This document shows, in pieces, positions 9,360-19,614 of a DNA stretch of 64,000 bases. The DNA comes from a virus. Taxonomy: Duplodnaviria; Heunggongvirae; Uroviricota; Caudoviricetes. A program made the position numbers and the translations under genes. Location: IMG/VR virus record IMGVR_UViG_3300030019_000001; one strand, 5' to 3'. Positions within the stretch are counted from its first letter, which is position 1; every line of letters starts with the position of its first letter. The notes below the pieces were generated by a model. The model did not search any database, was not told the origin of the DNA, and saw only the letters and a list, made by a program, of their open reading frames with translations.

Positions 9360-10517
9360 ATGAATACAGAATTAATAGTAGGTGTGAATATCGGTAGTTT
9401 ACCTGATCCATTTCCAGAATTGACAAATAATAAAATCAGAAAAGTAAAAAGTTCTGGTGATTTGAATCAAGAATATAGAGATATGTATGAAAAGATGGAA
9501 ATGTCTTTATCAGGTATAAAAGAGATTAAAGAAAATCAAGTTGTTACTGGTACAATATCATCAATCAGTCAAAAAGAAATCTTAATTGATTTTGGATTTA
9601 AAGATTTTATCTACGTAGAAAAACCAAAATTGAATACAGTTATAACAGAATTATTGGTTGGTGATTCAATTGATGTGTTAATTACTTCTGTTTCAGAAAA
9701 ACCTTACCTAATTAAAGGTTCTATCACAGAACTCATTAAGCAAAATGTTCATAATAAAATGAAAGAATATTATGAACAAAGATTACCACTTATCTCAGAA
9801 GTTAAATCAATGATACCAGCAGGTTATATGATGGATATTCTTATGGATAATGTTAGAATTGAAGCATTTATGCCTAATACGTTAGCAGATGTAAATAAAT
9901 TAACAGATTCTGAATCTATATTAGGTATGACATTTGAAGTAATGCTAGAAACATTACAGCAAGAAAAAGGCGTTTATGTAGTATCAAGAAAGAAATATTT
10001 ACAATCATTAATTCCAGATGAAGTACGAAAATTGAAGCATGATATTACATATCAAGGAATTATTACAGGAACAACACCTTTTGGAGTTTTTGTACAATTC
10101 AAAGCTACTGAAAATGGTCCTAATTGTTTAACAGGTATGGTTCACAAAGCTAATATTGGCGAGAAATGGCAAAATAAATGGAATGAAATTTTGCCTGGTA
10201 TGACAATTGAGTTTTATGTCAAAGAAGTTATCAAAAATAATAAAATTATTCTTACTCAAATTTTAAAAGAATCAATGTGGGATAGTATTAAAGTTGGTAA
10301 AATATTAACTGGTAAAATTAGAGATATTAAAAACTTTGGAGCACTTATCACATTAGATGATGAAACGACTGGATTAATCCAGACTGCATATATTAACAGA
10401 AATGAGAAAAAATATAATGTCGGAGATGAAGTTAAAGTTAAAGTCATATCATTAATAAAAGATGATAGAAAAATTTATCTAAACTTTGCTGATGTGAAGA
10501 CAAAAATAGACGAATAA
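9360..10517 (+). CDS. S1 RNA-binding domain protein (3-4 S1 repeats, ribosomal protein S1-like)
   Basis: Repeated G.I.TG.I.....FG.FV.......GL.H.....GD.V.VKV motifs, e.g. GKILTGKIRDIKNFGALITLDDETTGLIQTAY...VGDEVKVKVISL. Confidence 0.6.
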   Translation: MNTELIVGVNIGSLPDPFPELTNNKIRKVKSSGDLNQEYRDMYEKMEMSLSGIKEIKENQVVTGTISSISQKEILIDFGFKDFIYVEKPKLNTVITELLVGDSIDVLITSVSEKPYLIKGSITELIKQNVHNKMKEYYEQRLPLISEVKSMIPAGYMMDILMDNVRIEAFMPNTLADVNKLTDSESILGMTFEVMLETLQQEKGVYVVSRKKYLQSLIPDEVRKLKHDITYQGIITGTTPFGVFVQFKATENGPNCLTGMVHKANIGEKWQNKWNEILPGMTIEFYVKEVIKNNKIILTQILKESMWDSIKVGKILTGKIRDIKNFGALITLDDETTGLIQTAYINRNEKKYNVGDEVKVKVISLIKDDRKIYLNFADVKTKIDE

Positions 10518-10523
10518 TATATT

Positions 10524-10557
10524 AAAAAAAGAGAATCATATGATTCTCTTTTTTTTA
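10524..10557. terminator. bidirectional intrinsic terminator
   Basis: aaaaaaa-agagaatcatatgattctct-ttttttt between convergent genes. Confidence 0.75.
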
Positions 10558-10561
10558 TTAA

Positions 10562-11071
10562 CTATTTTTCAAGAACATAAATTTGTATTTCTTCTTTGAA
10601 TTTATTGTTCCATTTTTCCAAATACTCCTCATATAACGCCTTATATGGTTGAGATGTTTTTATATATGGATAATTATTTCTTAATGTTCTAAATAGTTTT
10701 GTTGATGCTTCAAAATTATAAGGCTTTAATGCTGCAGTCAGCATAGATTTCAATTCTACGATTGATATATAATCTTTCTCTACTGTATAATCGATTTTTT
10801 CAAATGTATTTTCTGGTTCATATAAATCCAATTCTGTTTTAAATTTATCATACCATTTTTTTAAAAACGATGTATATATCTCTTTATATGGTGATTCTGT
10901 TTTTATATAAGGATAATCTGATTTTATACTTCTGAGAAGTTTTATAGAAGCTTCAAAATTGTTTAATTTAATTATAGATTCTAATTGTTCTTCTAATTCA
11001 TCTGTTGATATGTATTCCTTTTGTATGACATTATCAGCAATATTCTCATTGAATGTTTTTAATTTTCTCAT
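10562..11071 (-). CDS. hypothetical protein with internal tandem duplication
   Basis: Two ~80 aa repeats (..NFEASIKLLRSIKSDYPYIKTESPYKEIY.. and ..NFEASTKLFRTLRNNYPYIKTSQPYKALY..). Confidence 0.5.
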   Translation of the reverse strand: MRKLKTFNENIADNVIQKEYISTDELEEQLESIIKLNNFEASIKLLRSIKSDYPYIKTESPYKEIYTSFLKKWYDKFKTELDLYEPENTFEKIDYTVEKDYISIVELKSMLTAALKPYNFEASTKLFRTLRNNYPYIKTSQPYKALYEEYLEKWNNKFKEEIQIYVLEK

Positions 11072-11221
11072 GACTTTTTTCGATGTATATATTTACAATA
11101 TCAATAAAATATATTATCATTTAAACTTAATTAAGATTATTTAACACTTATTATAATAAAAAAACCTTGAAAATTTTTTCAAGGTTTTTTGTTTTAAGCT
11201 TAACATGAATTTAAAAATATA

Positions 11222-11737
11222 TTATTGTTCAATATCTTTTATGAATTGAGAATATGTCAAATCTAAAATTACTTCTCTGTCAAATACATTAACAGATATT
11301 TTAGATTTTTGTTTAGAGTTGTCTAATGTTTTAATGACTCCTTTAAATGTATTAAAAGGTCCATCAATTATTTTTACTCTTTCTTTAATGTAATATGCAT
11401 TTTCATTTACAATAACTTCCTCAGTAGTTTTTTTATCTAATAATCTATCGACTTCAGATTGTCTTAAAGGTTTTTTTAATACACTTTGTACACCACTAAT
11501 ATGTTTAATATATCCTTCAGCATTATCAATTGATTCACATTCAATAAAAATATATCCAGGTATATTTATTTTTTCTACATTAATTTTTTTACCATTTCTT
11601 AACTGTTGTGTTTTTGATGATGGTACTAATATATTAGAAATTATATTTTCAATCGGATTAACTTTCAATTCTGTTTCAATTGATTCTTTAACTTTCTTTT
11701 CTTTGCCATTGGCAACTTTTACAACATAGTATTTCAT
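11222..11737 (-). CDS. NusG-like transcription antitermination factor (NGN + KOW)
   Basis: N-terminal YVVKVANGKEKKV...PGYIFIE matches the NGN domain. C-terminal VKIIDGPFNTFKGVIKTLD...KISVNVFDREV matches the NusG KOW motif. Confidence 0.75.
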   Translation of the reverse strand: MKYYVVKVANGKEKKVKESIETELKVNPIENIISNILVPSSKTQQLRNGKKINVEKINIPGYIFIECESIDNAEGYIKHISGVQSVLKKPLRQSEVDRLLDKKTTEEVIVNENAYYIKERVKIIDGPFNTFKGVIKTLDNSKQKSKISVNVFDREVILDLTYSQFIKDIEQ

Positions 11738-11826
11738 TTTTTAAAATTATTTTTATAATTGTTATATTAACAATTACGTAAAAAGTTCAAATAAAAATTC
11801 CTTATATTTTTATATAAGGAATTTTT

Positions 11827-12297
11827 TTAAAATCTTCTAATGATAGTTTTTCTTTTTTGTGGCTCTATTATTGGTTGTATATAAGGATCAATAGGCTTAT
11901 CATCACTATAATCATCAGTGAATAATTTGTCATTGTCTATATTATGATGTCTTTTTTTAGGTTCAAAAAAAGTGTCATTTGTTTCTACTTTTTCTTCATC
12001 TCTTTTCAACCTTTGATTTATAAATTCTCTAACATAATTATGAGCAGATTTCAAATCATCTTTCTTTTTATTTCTCAATCTTATACTTTCACCATCTTTA
12101 TTTTTCTTGAAAATTTTACAAATAAAAATTCCTCCTTTTTTCTGTATTCTAGCAAAATAATATGGTTCAACGTTTCCTGACTTATATTTAATAATTCCAC
12201 CAAATACAGTTGGATCATATTTAGCTTTACCGCTAGTAAATAATTTATCATCTATTATATTATCTTTCCAGTTTTCAAATGTTTTAATATTTTTCAT
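11827..12297 (-). CDS. hypothetical basic protein
   Basis: 156 aa, K/R-rich. Confidence 0.5.
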   Translation of the reverse strand: MKNIKTFENWKDNIIDDKLFTSGKAKYDPTVFGGIIKYKSGNVEPYYFARIQKKGGIFICKIFKKNKDGESIRLRNKKKDDLKSAHNYVREFINQRLKRDEEKVETNDTFFEPKKRHHNIDNDKLFTDDYSDDKPIDPYIQPIIEPQKRKTIIRRF

Positions 12298-12507
12298 ATA
12301 GTATATATATAAAACTTTTTATATTATTTTTTATATATTATAAAAAATGATTTATATTTAATGGGAAAAACAAGAAAAGTAAAAGTATCAAAAGTCAAGA
12401 GAAATAATCAAAATTATTATAAGAATAAGAAAAGAATGCAATCTAACATTATATTAATTAATGAATTGAAGAAGATTAATGAAATAGAAAAATAATAAAT
12501 TATTAGA

Positions 12508-12783
12508 ATGAAAAATTCTTTCTTAAAATTGAGAATTGATGATGATGAATATCAAAAATTTCAAGATGTGTGCGAAAATAAAGGAAAAACTATGAGTGAA
12601 GTCATGAGAGCATTTATCAAAACATACAATAATGGAAAAAATATCATTCTATTAGATATAGACAATGAAACATTTGACCAAAGTTTAGAAATGTGTAAAA
12701 GTAAAAAAATTAAACTTAATGATGTTGTTAAATATCTATTAAATAAAGCAATTAAAAACAAAGACAAATTAACATTTAAATAA
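12508..12783 (+). CDS. ribbon-helix-helix (CopG/Arc-like) DNA-binding protein
   Basis: LRIDDDEYQKFQDVCENKGKTMSEVMRAFIKTY fits the RHH beta-alpha-alpha pattern. Confidence 0.4.
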   Translation: MKNSFLKLRIDDDEYQKFQDVCENKGKTMSEVMRAFIKTYNNGKNIILLDIDNETFDQSLEMCKSKKIKLNDVVKYLLNKAIKNKDKLTFK

Positions 12784-12817
12784 AAAAGAGTCCTGTAAAA
12801 ACAGGACTCTTTTTTTA
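12782..12817. terminator. bidirectional intrinsic terminator
   Basis: aaaaa-agagtcctgt-aaaa-acaggactct-ttttttt. Confidence 0.8.
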
Positions 12818-13021
12818 TATCCATTCTTCTTCTTCAAGAAGTTCAGGATCATATCTTAAACCAAGTTCATATATTTTATCATAAATATCATTTTTATTTT
12901 TTGTTTCAAAAATCTCATTTACTGTTTCAAACTCACCTTCAATCTGTTTTAATAACAAAACATCTTTTGTTTCAAAATCCCAAACCAATTTCCATACATT
13001 GTCTTTTTCATTTTTTTTCAT
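12815..13021 (-). CDS. hypothetical protein
   Basis: 68 aa ORF. Confidence 0.4.
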   Translation of the reverse strand: MKKNEKDNVWKLVWDFETKDVLLLKQIEGEFETVNEIFETKNKNDIYDKIYELGLRYDPELLEEEEWI

Positions 13022-13233
13022 AGAGAATTTTTTATTTTTTTATTGTTAATTAAGTTAGATATTATCCAACTTTTTAAAATATTTTGATATATAATTATAG
13101 AATTTCTCACTCAAGTATATATTAAATAACATCTATCAGATTTTTTCATTTTACGTATTGTTCTGATAATTAGATGATTATAAGTTGTTGATTAGTAGAG
13201 ATTAAAAAAATAATTAAAAATAATTAAAAATAA

Positions 13234-13830
13234 ATGGCTAAACTTTTTTATAGATATTCAACTATGAATGCTGGAAAATCTATTGATATATTAAGATGTA
13301 ATCATAATTATATTGAAAATGGTAAACGAACAATGTGTTTCACATCAGGTAAAGATGATAGATATGGAGTTGGAAAAATAACATCAAGAATAGGTATTTC
13401 AATTGATGCTACACCAGTTTATGATGATACTGATATATTTGATATAGTAGATAAAGACATCAAAGATAATAATAAGTTAGAAATTTCTTGCATTTTTGTC
13501 GATGAGGTTCAATTTTTAACTAAATCTCATATATTTCAACTATTAGATATAGTAGATGAATTTAATATTCCTGTTATGGCGTATGGTTTGAGGTCAAATT
13601 ATATGTTACAACCCTTTGAAAGTTCAAAATATTTAATGGCGTTATCTGATCAAATTGAAGAGATAAAAACAATTTGTTTCGAATGCAAAACTAAAAAGGC
13701 AATCATTAATACAAAGATAACTGATGGTAAAATTGTTACTGATGGAGAAGAAATTATAATAGGAGGTAATGATAGTTACAAACCGTTATGTAGAAAATGT
13801 TATAAAAAATTATTAAAAGAACAAAAATGA
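13234..13830 (+). CDS. tdk: thymidine kinase
   Basis: P-loop YSTMNAGKS, IFVDEVQF, and C-terminal zinc ribbon CFECKTKKA...CRKCY. Confidence 0.85.
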   Translation: MAKLFYRYSTMNAGKSIDILRCNHNYIENGKRTMCFTSGKDDRYGVGKITSRIGISIDATPVYDDTDIFDIVDKDIKDNNKLEISCIFVDEVQFLTKSHIFQLLDIVDEFNIPVMAYGLRSNYMLQPFESSKYLMALSDQIEEIKTICFECKTKKAIINTKITDGKIVTDGEEIIIGGNDSYKPLCRKCYKKLLKEQK

Positions 13831-14030
13831 AAGATAATTTAGAAAATAAATTAGAAAAAGGACATAAAAGACTTTGTATAGTAAATATGATTTGGTCATC
13901 AATAACTGCTCCATTGGTGTTCTTATTCAGTGAACATGACATTCCAATATTTGTAATTGCGTGGATGATTTGGTGTATTGTTGGAGTATTATCATCACCT
14001 AAAATAACAATGAGAATATGGCGAAAGTAG
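13827..14030 (+). CDS. small hydrophobic membrane protein
   Basis: 67 aa with two hydrophobic segments. ATGA overlap with tdk. Confidence 0.4.
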   Translation: MKDNLENKLEKGHKRLCIVNMIWSSITAPLVFLFSEHDIPIFVIAWMIWCIVGVLSSPKITMRIWRK

Positions 14031-14431
14031 ATTTCATAACACTTGCAAATATTATATTTAAAGATAAAGATAAGTATAAATTTATAACAGATGATGAGAA
14101 AAAAGATGCTTTTTTTGTATTGAATAGAAAGTTTGCTTATAAAGATATAAGAAAGGCTCAATTTTTCAACAATAAAAATATTGACAAATCATCATCTTTG
14201 GATATTTGGTATCAGATTTTTTATGGTACAACAAATGGTACACCTGATTGGTGGTGGAAAACAAAACAACCATCAAAAAATAAAATAAAATCAGAATTTA
14301 ATAATAATGATATAAATTTAATTAAAGATTACTATGAAATAAAAAATAGTGATGTTGAATTTTTAATTAAATATTATAGTAAAGATTTGAAAGATGATAT
14401 TAAAAGACTGAAGAAATTTAAAAATGAATAA
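14018..14431 (+). CDS. hypothetical protein
   Basis: 137 aa ORF. Confidence 0.45.
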   Translation: MAKVDFITLANIIFKDKDKYKFITDDEKKDAFFVLNRKFAYKDIRKAQFFNNKNIDKSSSLDIWYQIFYGTTNGTPDWWWKTKQPSKNKIKSEFNNNDINLIKDYYEIKNSDVEFLIKYYSKDLKDDIKRLKKFKNE

Positions 14432-14463
14432 AAAAGAGTAGATTTAAAAATCTACTCTTTTTC
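14431..14463. terminator. bidirectional intrinsic terminator
   Basis: aaaaa-gagtagattt-aaaa-atctactc-tttttcg. Confidence 0.75.
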
Positions 14464-15303
14464 GTTTACTTGATTTCTTTTATTTGTAATATAATTATTA
14501 CCATCAATTTTTATTTTATCTTTATTATATCCATTTTGTAGTATTATAATATCATATGTGAATTTTTTATTAATACATGTCTCTTTGTATAATACCAGAT
14601 AATGAGTATTAAATGTCATTGATCCATTAGAATTGATTTCAATATTATCACCATTCTCTTTTTTGTGTAAAAATGGTTTTACTTGAACTGTAAATATTTG
14701 ATTATTAAAAGTAAATGATCCATCTATTCCATTAAAATCTTCTTTTGCATTTTTTGGAAAATTAACTTTAATCAAATCTGTTATGTTTTTATTTGGATTT
14801 GTGATGTTGTTTTTTTCATCATCTATATTTTTTAGTTTTTTACATTTGTCATTAATATACAGTTCAAAATTACCTCTTGCATATATTTCAGCTCTTGTTC
14901 CTTTTGTAGAGCACTCTTCAACAGTATGATAATTATTAAAAAACATTTTACCAGAATAATGATATTGATTGAATAATTCTCCATATCTTAAAAATCTAAT
15001 GAATGATTCTTTATCTCTTATATCATTAATCTTCATCATATTCTCATATACTTTTCTATTATTTGTGAATTTATTAATATATTCTGTGTGATAATAAAAA
15101 CCACCAATTTCTAATAATTTATCCTCAATATTATTGCTATATAATGGATTTTTATATCCATGTGTTTGATATACTCTGTAGACATAATGACTAACCATAT
15201 TTTTTATTTTCGTAAATTCATCATACGGAATATTAACCTGTACATATATATTATCATCGTCTTTCCAACAAAATAATATATCACTTTTATCATTTTCAAT
15301 CAT
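14452..15303 (-). CDS. hypothetical protein
   Basis: 283 aa ORF. Confidence 0.55.
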   Translation of the reverse strand: MIENDKSDILFCWKDDDNIYVQVNIPYDEFTKIKNMVSHYVYRVYQTHGYKNPLYSNNIEDKLLEIGGFYYHTEYINKFTNNRKVYENMMKINDIRDKESFIRFLRYGELFNQYHYSGKMFFNNYHTVEECSTKGTRAEIYARGNFELYINDKCKKLKNIDDEKNNITNPNKNITDLIKVNFPKNAKEDFNGIDGSFTFNNQIFTVQVKPFLHKKENGDNIEINSNGSMTFNTHYLVLYKETCINKKFTYDIIILQNGYNKDKIKIDGNNYITNKRNQVNEKE

Positions 15304-15647
15304 CTATTTAAAAATCTTAATTATTATATTTTTTACTATATTTTTTTACTATAACAAATATAATAAAAAAAAGTGAAACAACCTAATGTTTCACCTTCTT
15401 TCTTTGTAAAATTTAAAAAAGAGAGATAGCTCACACACACCTAAGGTAACTTTTATATTACTTAGCCAGGACATTAACCTGGATCTCTCATTTGATATAA
15501 ATACAAAAACCTAGTAAACTTTAAAAAAGTCTCACTAGGTTAGAGCAGTTAATATTTTTTATTATCAGATTTTTAATCATAATTATATGACTTATATATA
15601 AACATTTTTAATTGATTTTTTTCTATTTTAACTCTTAAAATAAAAAA

Positions 15648-16199
15648 TTATTTACACAAACGATCTGATGCAGAACTTGATGCAAAACTATCTGGCTTTC
15701 CCATTACTTTATATTTTTCTCCACATAACCATCCCATAACATCGTTATAAACCTTATTTGATTTGTTATTTGACATTTTTGCACCATTCCTTGTTGTTTT
15801 TTTTTCATTCAAATCCACATGAATTTCTACCAACTTATTTGGAGTTGAGTCATCATAATGATTTTTATTAAATTTATACTTGTAATTATTATCACTTAAT
15901 GTTTCATTAATAGATTCTGCTACATCATGAGCTAACAACGCTTCATTCCACAATTTAGTCACAATATCTTTAACTTTAGGCTCAGTATATGTTGCATAAA
16001 CCACATGAGCACCATTATTTTTTTGATCATTGTAAAAAACAACAGAAATAGCATATTTGGTTCTATGCATATGACTATCTGAATCACAACCAACTATTAC
16101 TTTGGTGTCATTATCAATATTTTTTACATAATTTAATACATAATCATTTATGCTTTCAATTTTTTCACCATTTACTTTTTTCCATGCTAATTTTTTCAT
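15648..16199 (-). CDS. hypothetical protein
   Basis: 183 aa ORF. Confidence 0.55.
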   Translation of the reverse strand: MKKLAWKKVNGEKIESINDYVLNYVKNIDNDTKVIVGCDSDSHMHRTKYAISVVFYNDQKNNGAHVVYATYTEPKVKDIVTKLWNEALLAHDVAESINETLSDNNYKYKFNKNHYDDSTPNKLVEIHVDLNEKKTTRNGAKMSNNKSNKVYNDVMGWLCGEKYKVMGKPDSFASSSASDRLCK

Positions 16200-16297
16200 G
16201 ACTGTTACAATTTTTTATTTTTATATTAAGAACTATGTATTTTTTATTTTCAAATAAGTTTATTATTTATTTTAAATACTATAGTTTTTATGGTTTT

Positions 16298-16328
16298 GCA
16301 TCATTATCATCATCTATGATAATGATGC
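16298..16328. repeat. perfect 13-bp-arm palindrome
   Basis: gcatcattatcat-catct-atgataatgatgc, in the intergenic region upstream of 16447. Confidence 0.7.
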
Positions 16329-16446
16329 AAATTTTTATGATAATAAGGTTCTATAAGCCTTTTATAACGTTATTTAAATTTAATTTCATAAACATTTTAC
16401 TAAAAATAGAGTATGTGTATATATCAATTAAATATACAATAATAAA

Positions 16447-17157
16447 ATGTCTAAGATAAAAATAAATAATGAGTGTGCAATAAGAATAAATCACCCAGAA
16501 TTTGGAATTTTTTATTTTTCATATGGTGGACTCACAGAAAAATATAATACGTTTGTATTCACTAAAGATATATCCAAAGTTCAAACTTGGAAGACAGAAA
16601 AATTCTCAGAAAAACAAATAAATATAATCATATCAAAAATGGAATGCAATAAAGGTAAAATATATTTATCTCTTGGTACAAAAAATGAATATGAATATAC
16701 AGATAATATAATACAATCCAGAAAGAAATATTATTATGTTATTGATTCAATTAAAAATGTTAGATCAAAAATAAATTTAATATCCGCAAACAAAAATATA
16801 GAAACTTTAAATATAACACTAATTGAAGATTCAAAAAATATTCAAAATATATATAATAATATCAAGAACAATTTTTTCATAAATAAAATTTATACCCTTA
16901 ATATTTGTGACGATAATTTTGACGATATATTAAATAAATCAAATGAAACACTAACATCACTAAATACATACAATGAGAAACAAACAGATTTGTTATTTAA
17001 AGTGAACAATTACATAGAAGACATTTCGTTATACAAAAAATATAAAAATATAATAGAAGAATCTAATAATTATTATGGATTATATTTAGATATTATTGAT
17101 GCATCTTATGGATTTAGAAGATTGAAATTAAGTACACTTAAGTCATTAAAAGATTAA
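16447..17157 (+). CDS. hypothetical protein
   Basis: 236 aa ORF. Confidence 0.5.
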   Translation: MSKIKINNECAIRINHPEFGIFYFSYGGLTEKYNTFVFTKDISKVQTWKTEKFSEKQINIIISKMECNKGKIYLSLGTKNEYEYTDNIIQSRKKYYYVIDSIKNVRSKINLISANKNIETLNITLIEDSKNIQNIYNNIKNNFFINKIYTLNICDDNFDDILNKSNETLTSLNTYNEKQTDLLFKVNNYIEDISLYKKYKNIIEESNNYYGLYLDIIDASYGFRRLKLSTLKSLKD

Positions 17158-17291
17158 TAAAATAAGATTAATAAATATTCTTTATATGTTAAATAACTTT
17201 TTTATGATACAATGTAGTTGTTGATTGTGGTAGTTGGAGTCAATGTTGTTGAGTTTGTCATACTATATTTTTAGTTAATTTCAATGTGACA

Positions 17292-17915
17292 TTATATATT
17301 TTTTATTAAATTATTTATTATATCTAATTTACTGATTGGAAAAATCCAACCAGCTCTTTTATCTCCTGTTTTAGGATCAGTTAAAAATTTATTATATCTA
17401 CATCCAATTTCCAACAAATTATCTTTAATATTTCTTGTTTCTTCACCAAAAATTGCATATGCTTTATCAGAATATTTGGTAATTTCTATGCTGCTTACTT
17501 CTTTTTTATCAAATGAAGATATTGATTTTATGTGTTTTAGTTCTGATTTTTCTTTTTCTGATTTTTCTATAATTTCTGGTTTATACATTAATTGAATTTC
17601 AGTTAATAACATTTGATTTCCTTCTTCATCGTTCCAATGTTTAGAAAATTTGTGCTGAGATATTGCATATTTTTTTAATAAAGAATTTACTAAAACCGTA
17701 TCAATTTTAGTGTTCAAATTACCAATATTAACTAATTCCAATTCATTTTTCCACTCACCTTTTCCTAATCCAGATTTTATTTTAATAATAGTCAATTTAA
17801 GATATAAATTATCATCATTCATATCTAATAATATTTTAGCTTCAACAGAATTGTAGTCATATTCCCAAGAATAATACGAAATATTTTTAGCTAGAAATTT
17901 AAGATTTTCCTTCAT
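17292..17915 (-). CDS. hypothetical protein
   Basis: 207 aa ORF. Confidence 0.5.
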   Translation of the reverse strand: MKENLKFLAKNISYYSWEYDYNSVEAKILLDMNDDNLYLKLTIIKIKSGLGKGEWKNELELVNIGNLNTKIDTVLVNSLLKKYAISQHKFSKHWNDEEGNQMLLTEIQLMYKPEIIEKSEKEKSELKHIKSISSFDKKEVSSIEITKYSDKAYAIFGEETRNIKDNLLEIGCRYNKFLTDPKTGDKRAGWIFPISKLDIINNLIKNI

Positions 17916-18003
17916 TTTTTATAAATTATATTTTTCATTGATATATATATATAAATAAAAACTTTTATTATTATTTTAAGTATAATAAATAAATAAAATA
18001 AAT

Positions 18004-18246
18004 ATGATAACATTAGATATAAATATTGGTGTAGGTAATGGAATGAATAAACTTACTATAGATGTAGAATCAATTAAATTATTCAATAGAAAAAAGGTAG
18101 AAATAGAAAATATGATAAGTAGTTATTTTTTTGAATTTGATACAGAAAAAGTCAGAAATGAGATAAGAGAAAATACATATAAAATTCTGAGTACTGATAT
18201 TATAAATATTAGAAGAGATAAACTTAAAAAATTAAATAATATTTAA
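18004..18246 (+). CDS. small protein with RRDKLKKLNNI C-terminal tail
   Basis: Member of the C-terminal-tail family. Confidence 0.4.
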   Translation: MITLDINIGVGNGMNKLTIDVESIKLFNRKKVEIENMISSYFFEFDTEKVRNEIRENTYKILSTDIINIRRDKLKKLNNI

Positions 18247-18264
18247 TTAAATAAATAAATAATT

Positions 18265-18738
18265 ATGCCATTACAACAGTTTCCAGGAAATCATTATCAT
18301 TATCATTATCATTATAATTTTGATGCTATTTATAAAAGTTTATTTGAAGTTAAATTCAATGATGCATATATGCGTGATAATTGTATTTCTATTAAAAATG
18401 ATATCATGATTTTTAATCTTAATCTTTATGAAGAAGATTTGATTCCTTTCAGTTTTATAAATAATATGATTAGTGAAAATGCTGTATTAGATTATTTAGA
18501 AATATCAAATTTTAAAAAGGATGGTACAATTAATTACATTACATTTTTGAAAAAATTCTCATTCGTTGAATTTGTAGGATTTCTTGATTTTGATTTAGAA
18601 ACTTCAATAAAAGGAGAAGAAATTAAGAAGCTATGCGTAAAATTTAAATATGATAAAATGATTGTTGTCACAGCAAAAAATCATAAGAAATTCATAAGAA
18701 AAATTAAACTTTATAATATAAATAAAAAAGATTCATAA
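18265..18738 (+). CDS. hypothetical protein (HYHYHYHY encoded by a (CATTAT)n microsatellite)
   Basis: 157 aa ORF followed by a hairpin+T terminator at 18724-18755. Confidence 0.5.
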   Translation: MPLQQFPGNHYHYHYHYNFDAIYKSLFEVKFNDAYMRDNCISIKNDIMIFNLNLYEEDLIPFSFINNMISENAVLDYLEISNFKKDGTINYITFLKKFSFVEFVGFLDFDLETSIKGEEIKKLCVKFKYDKMIVVTAKNHKKFIRKIKLYNINKKDS

Positions 18739-18758
18739 ATTATGAATCTTTTTTATTA

Positions 18759-19169
18759 TTACTCCTCATCCAAATTTTCAATATCATCTAAAAATTCAAT
18801 CTCATCTTCATCATCAATATTTATCAATTTTATGTCAGCATGATAATCTACGAAACTTTTCAATTCTTCTATCATATCATAAAAATCAGATTCATCTAAA
18901 CTATCAAGAAGATCAGCTAATTCATTTTTTGATGGTTCATAATCATCTTCATCTTTATAACCTTCTAAACTATTGGCACCTTGATTATCTAATATCTCCA
19001 ATACTTGATCAATAGCATCATGCTTATATTCCCAGTATGATTCAGTTTCGTTATTTACCCTTATTTCCCATTTATTTTCAATGTCATCATTATCTGTATT
19101 TTCTATTTCTTCTTCGTCAAATATATTTTCTTTAATATATTCAAACTCATTAAATTTTTTAAGACTCAT
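18759..19169 (-). CDS. highly acidic hypothetical protein
   Basis: 136 aa, D/E-rich. Confidence 0.5.
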   Translation of the reverse strand: MSLKKFNEFEYIKENIFDEEEIENTDNDDIENKWEIRVNNETESYWEYKHDAIDQVLEILDNQGANSLEGYKDEDDYEPSKNELADLLDSLDESDFYDMIEELKSFVDYHADIKLINIDDEDEIEFLDDIENLDEE

Positions 19170-19303
19170 AATATTTTTTATTTGTATATATTAAAATCAA
19201 TATATACAAATAAAATGAAAACTATAAATATTAGATTTTTTTTAAGACCAACTGCTCATTGTTCTAATGGCTGTTAGATATGGGCATATTAATATGCCCT
19301 TTT

Positions 19304-19609
19304 TTAGTCATATTTATTAATTAAAGGCTTAATTAATAAGTAAGTTAAATAACACAAAAAACTACCAATTAATCCATAAATAAATATTATAATAAAACTA
19401 TTTGCTGTTAATTGCTGATAATAAATTAGTAGTAATGTTTTTAATATAGCACCTGAATACATACCGCTGCACTGACAGCACTTTAATAGTTTACCCAATG
19501 ATGGACTCATTTGCTGTGCTTTATCTCTTAAATTCTTAAATATATATGATTGAGTTATTATTAATGTCAATCCAATTGTAGATAATGAGAATATTATAAA
19601 ATCTATCAT
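19304..19609 (-). CDS. small membrane protein
   Basis: 101 aa with hydrophobic helices and CCQCSG. Confidence 0.5.
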   Translation of the reverse strand: MIDFIIFSLSTIGLTLIITQSYIFKNLRDKAQQMSPSLGKLLKCCQCSGMYSGAILKTLLLIYYQQLTANSFIIIFIYGLIGSFLCYLTYLLIKPLINKYD

Positions 19610-19614
19610 TATTT

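Noticed and set aside
17158-17291. G/T-rich 60-nt stretch (gtagttgttgattgtggtagttggagtcaatgttgttgag) between convergent genes as a possible ncRNA.
   Set aside because: It has no convincing secondary structure or promoter or terminator context. It is probably just intergenic compositional noise.
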